The notes beneath the pieces were generated by a model. It searched no databases. It was not told the DNA's origin and saw only the letters and a list, made by a program, of their open reading frames with translations. From an uncultured candidate division Zixibacteria bacterium (GTDB lineage Bacteria; Zixibacteria; MSB-5A5; UBA10806; 4484-95): 64,000 nt of DNA. The translations under genes and the position numbers were made by a program. This document shows positions 62,224 through 64,000 of the stretch, piece by piece. The stretch lies in assembly GCA_963668625.2 (NCBI GenBank), contig CAXXKA010000008.1, positions 800,001 through 864,000 on the forward strand, read 5' to 3'. How positions within the stretch are numbered: position 1 is the stretch's first letter; every line of letters starts with the position of its first letter.

Positions 62224-62580
62224 ATGGAATTCAAGACTTTAACAGAAAGTGAATTCAACCAGGGTGTTCTTCAAAGCAACCAAAAGGTCTGTTTAGTCTT
62301 CGGCGCTAATTGGAGCGGATCTTTCTATTTGGTTCAGCCGACTCTTAATGAGTTTGTTAAAAAATCTGACGGGCATGTCAAGATTTTTATGCTTGATTAT
62401 GATTCTAATAAATGGCTCGCTGAACAGAGTGGCATCTATTTTCATGTACCATCGATACTTATATACGAAAACGGCCGGAAAACTAACCAGGCGGTAGGCT
62501 TAATATCGTGTTTGGATTTACTTATCGAGCTTCAAAAGAATAATAACGGAAGTGGCAATGGGGGGCGTCTGGAGAACTGA
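62224..62580 (+). CDS. Thioredoxin-fold protein lacking CxxC
   Basis: F...VLQS..VCLVFGANWSGSF...VPSILIYENG. Confidence 0.7.
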   Translation: MEFKTLTESEFNQGVLQSNQKVCLVFGANWSGSFYLVQPTLNEFVKKSDGHVKIFMLDYDSNKWLAEQSGIYFHVPSILIYENGRKTNQAVGLISCLDLLIELQKNNNGSGNGGRLEN

Positions 62581-62637
62581 TCGAGCGGGGGAATCCAGGG
62601 GGGTGTTTCTCTGCAAAGATTGATTAGTCCAGTAAGG

Positions 62638-62662
62638 GCCCGGCACGATGTGTCGGGCTTTT
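62638..62662 (+). terminator. Rho-independent terminator
   Basis: GCCCGGCAC-GAT-GTGTCGGGC-TTTT. Confidence 0.65.
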
Positions 62663-62776
62663 CTTATATCTGTACTATTGGTTAATGGCGGATTTCGTAA
62701 ATTCCTTGCAATAGAATCGAATAGATCATATACGTATCTCATAGTTTATATTTATCAATTTCATTCGGAGGGTGTT

Positions 62777-63763
62777 ATGAGAAAAATTATATATCTGGCA
62801 TTCGCGGTTATACTGATTTTTCGAAGTACTAATTGCGTTTGGGGAGAAGCCTCTGAAGGATTCGATGAAATCAACACATTTTCGATCGTTGCCTATGATC
62901 CTCGAACCGGCGAATTGGGAGTGGCCGTGGCCTCGAAATTTTTCGCGGTCGGATCGGTTGTTCCCTGGGCAAAAGCGGGGATCGGAGCGGTAGCCACTCA
63001 AGCTTACGCAAACACCTCTTTCGGCTGGCGGGGATTGGAATACCTGGAGAGCGGTTTTTCACCCGAGGAGGCGGTCGAGGAGTTAATCGGCAGCGATGAT
63101 AATCCCGGCCGGAGGCAGCTCGGTATTGTCGATTGCAAGGGGCGATCGTTTTCATATACCGGCGAAAATTGTCTGGATTGGGCCGGCGGCAGAGTCGGTG
63201 ATAATTACGCGATCCAGGGGAATATCTTGACCGGCGAATCGGTCGTGCTGGAGATGGAGGACGCTTTTTTGAATACCGCCGGGACTCTTTCCGAACGGCT
63301 TTACGCGGCGTTATCGGCCGGAGATAAAGCCGGTGGTGATTCCCTGGGAAAACAGTCGGCGGCTATGCTGGTGGTTGCCGAAAGCGCTGGCTATGGCGGC
63401 TATACCGATAGGGCAATAGATATCAGGGTGGATGACCATGCCGAACCATTCATAGAACTTGGACGGTTGTTGAAAAAAGCTCAGCTAAACTATAGCTGGA
63501 ATATAGCCTGGACCGCTTTCATGGATAAAGACTATCGCAGCGCTTTGCCGTCAATGGAACGGGCTGCCCGCCTGGATACGTCGTACGCTGAGGTGCAGTA
63601 TGATCTGGCCGTAATCAGGCTGGCCTCGGGAGACACGACCGGCGGGTTGGAGGCAATGAAAAAGGCAATAGAGTTAAATCCAAAATTGAAAAAACAGGCT
63701 GCCGTTGATGATGACTGTGCCGGTTTCCGCGAATTGCCGGATTATAAAAAGTTATTCAAGTGA
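62777..63763 (+). CDS. DUF1028 (Ntn-hydrolase-like) protein with C-terminal TPR
   Basis: TFSIVAYDP..GELGVAVASKFFAVG, GKQSAA, DIRVDDH. Confidence 0.88.
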   Translation: MRKIIYLAFAVILIFRSTNCVWGEASEGFDEINTFSIVAYDPRTGELGVAVASKFFAVGSVVPWAKAGIGAVATQAYANTSFGWRGLEYLESGFSPEEAVEELIGSDDNPGRRQLGIVDCKGRSFSYTGENCLDWAGGRVGDNYAIQGNILTGESVVLEMEDAFLNTAGTLSERLYAALSAGDKAGGDSLGKQSAAMLVVAESAGYGGYTDRAIDIRVDDHAEPFIELGRLLKKAQLNYSWNIAWTAFMDKDYRSALPSMERAARLDTSYAEVQYDLAVIRLASGDTTGGLEAMKKAIELNPKLKKQAAVDDDCAGFRELPDYKKLFK

Positions 63764-63922
63764 TAATTATTATATTGCGGGAACCCTTACATTTTGGCAT
63801 ATGTTTATTAATTGGTTTATTAACATATTTTAAGTTTCGAGGATTAATCATTCGGGGCAGCACGCTTTAACCATTTACCTGATAAGAATTAAAATACAAA
63901 TACACAAAATAAGGAGTATAGC

Positions 63923-64000
63923 ATGGAAAATGTAATGGACAAATTGATCGAGTGGGGAGCGCTATATGGCACTAAGATTATAGGGGCGATCGCTATCCTC
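63923..64000 (+). CDS. Probable MscS-family channel, 5' part (runs off window end)
   Basis: SD AAGGAG; MENVMDKLIEWGALYGTKIIGAIAIL. Confidence 0.5.
   Translation, partial: MENVMDKLIEWGALYGTKIIGAIAIL

Noticed and set aside
62575-62660. GCGGGGGA...GGGGTG resembling a c-di-AMP (ydaO) riboswitch
   Set aside because: The conserved 3' half (CCCG...CAGCTAAC) is absent

Overview
Bacterial (diderm) chromosomal window with about 45 genes. The C-terminal dockerin-like and T9SS-type sorting domains suggest an FCB-related lineage such as Zixibacteria (inference). Contents: secreted proteins, a TonB receptor with TetR, an exopolysaccharide/capsule locus, chemotaxis, ion/osmotic transport and housekeeping genes, plus an IS256, an IS110/IS1111 and IS1182-type remnants. 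No rRNA, tRNA or CRISPR array was seen. Main observations: (1) three paralogous, promoter- and terminator-bounded ~95-105 nt two-hairpin RNAs with C-rich loops (8.1, 11.4, 11.55 kb) that I cannot assign to a known family; (2) an IS110 inserted in a host Shine-Dalgarno sequence, whose non-coding end folds into a two-loop bridge/seek-type RNA carrying 7-nt matches to the target (AAAGGAG) and to the circle junction (ATAGGAG); (3) a 600-codon KamA-family gene with an in-frame TGA followed by a SECIS-like hairpin; (4) a degenerate HisC-like protein and a REC-4TM fusion in the EPS locus; (5) tandem DnaA boxes before a DnaC/IstB-like ATPase; (6) several apparently leaderless genes. All calls are by eye; no searches or folding programs were run.
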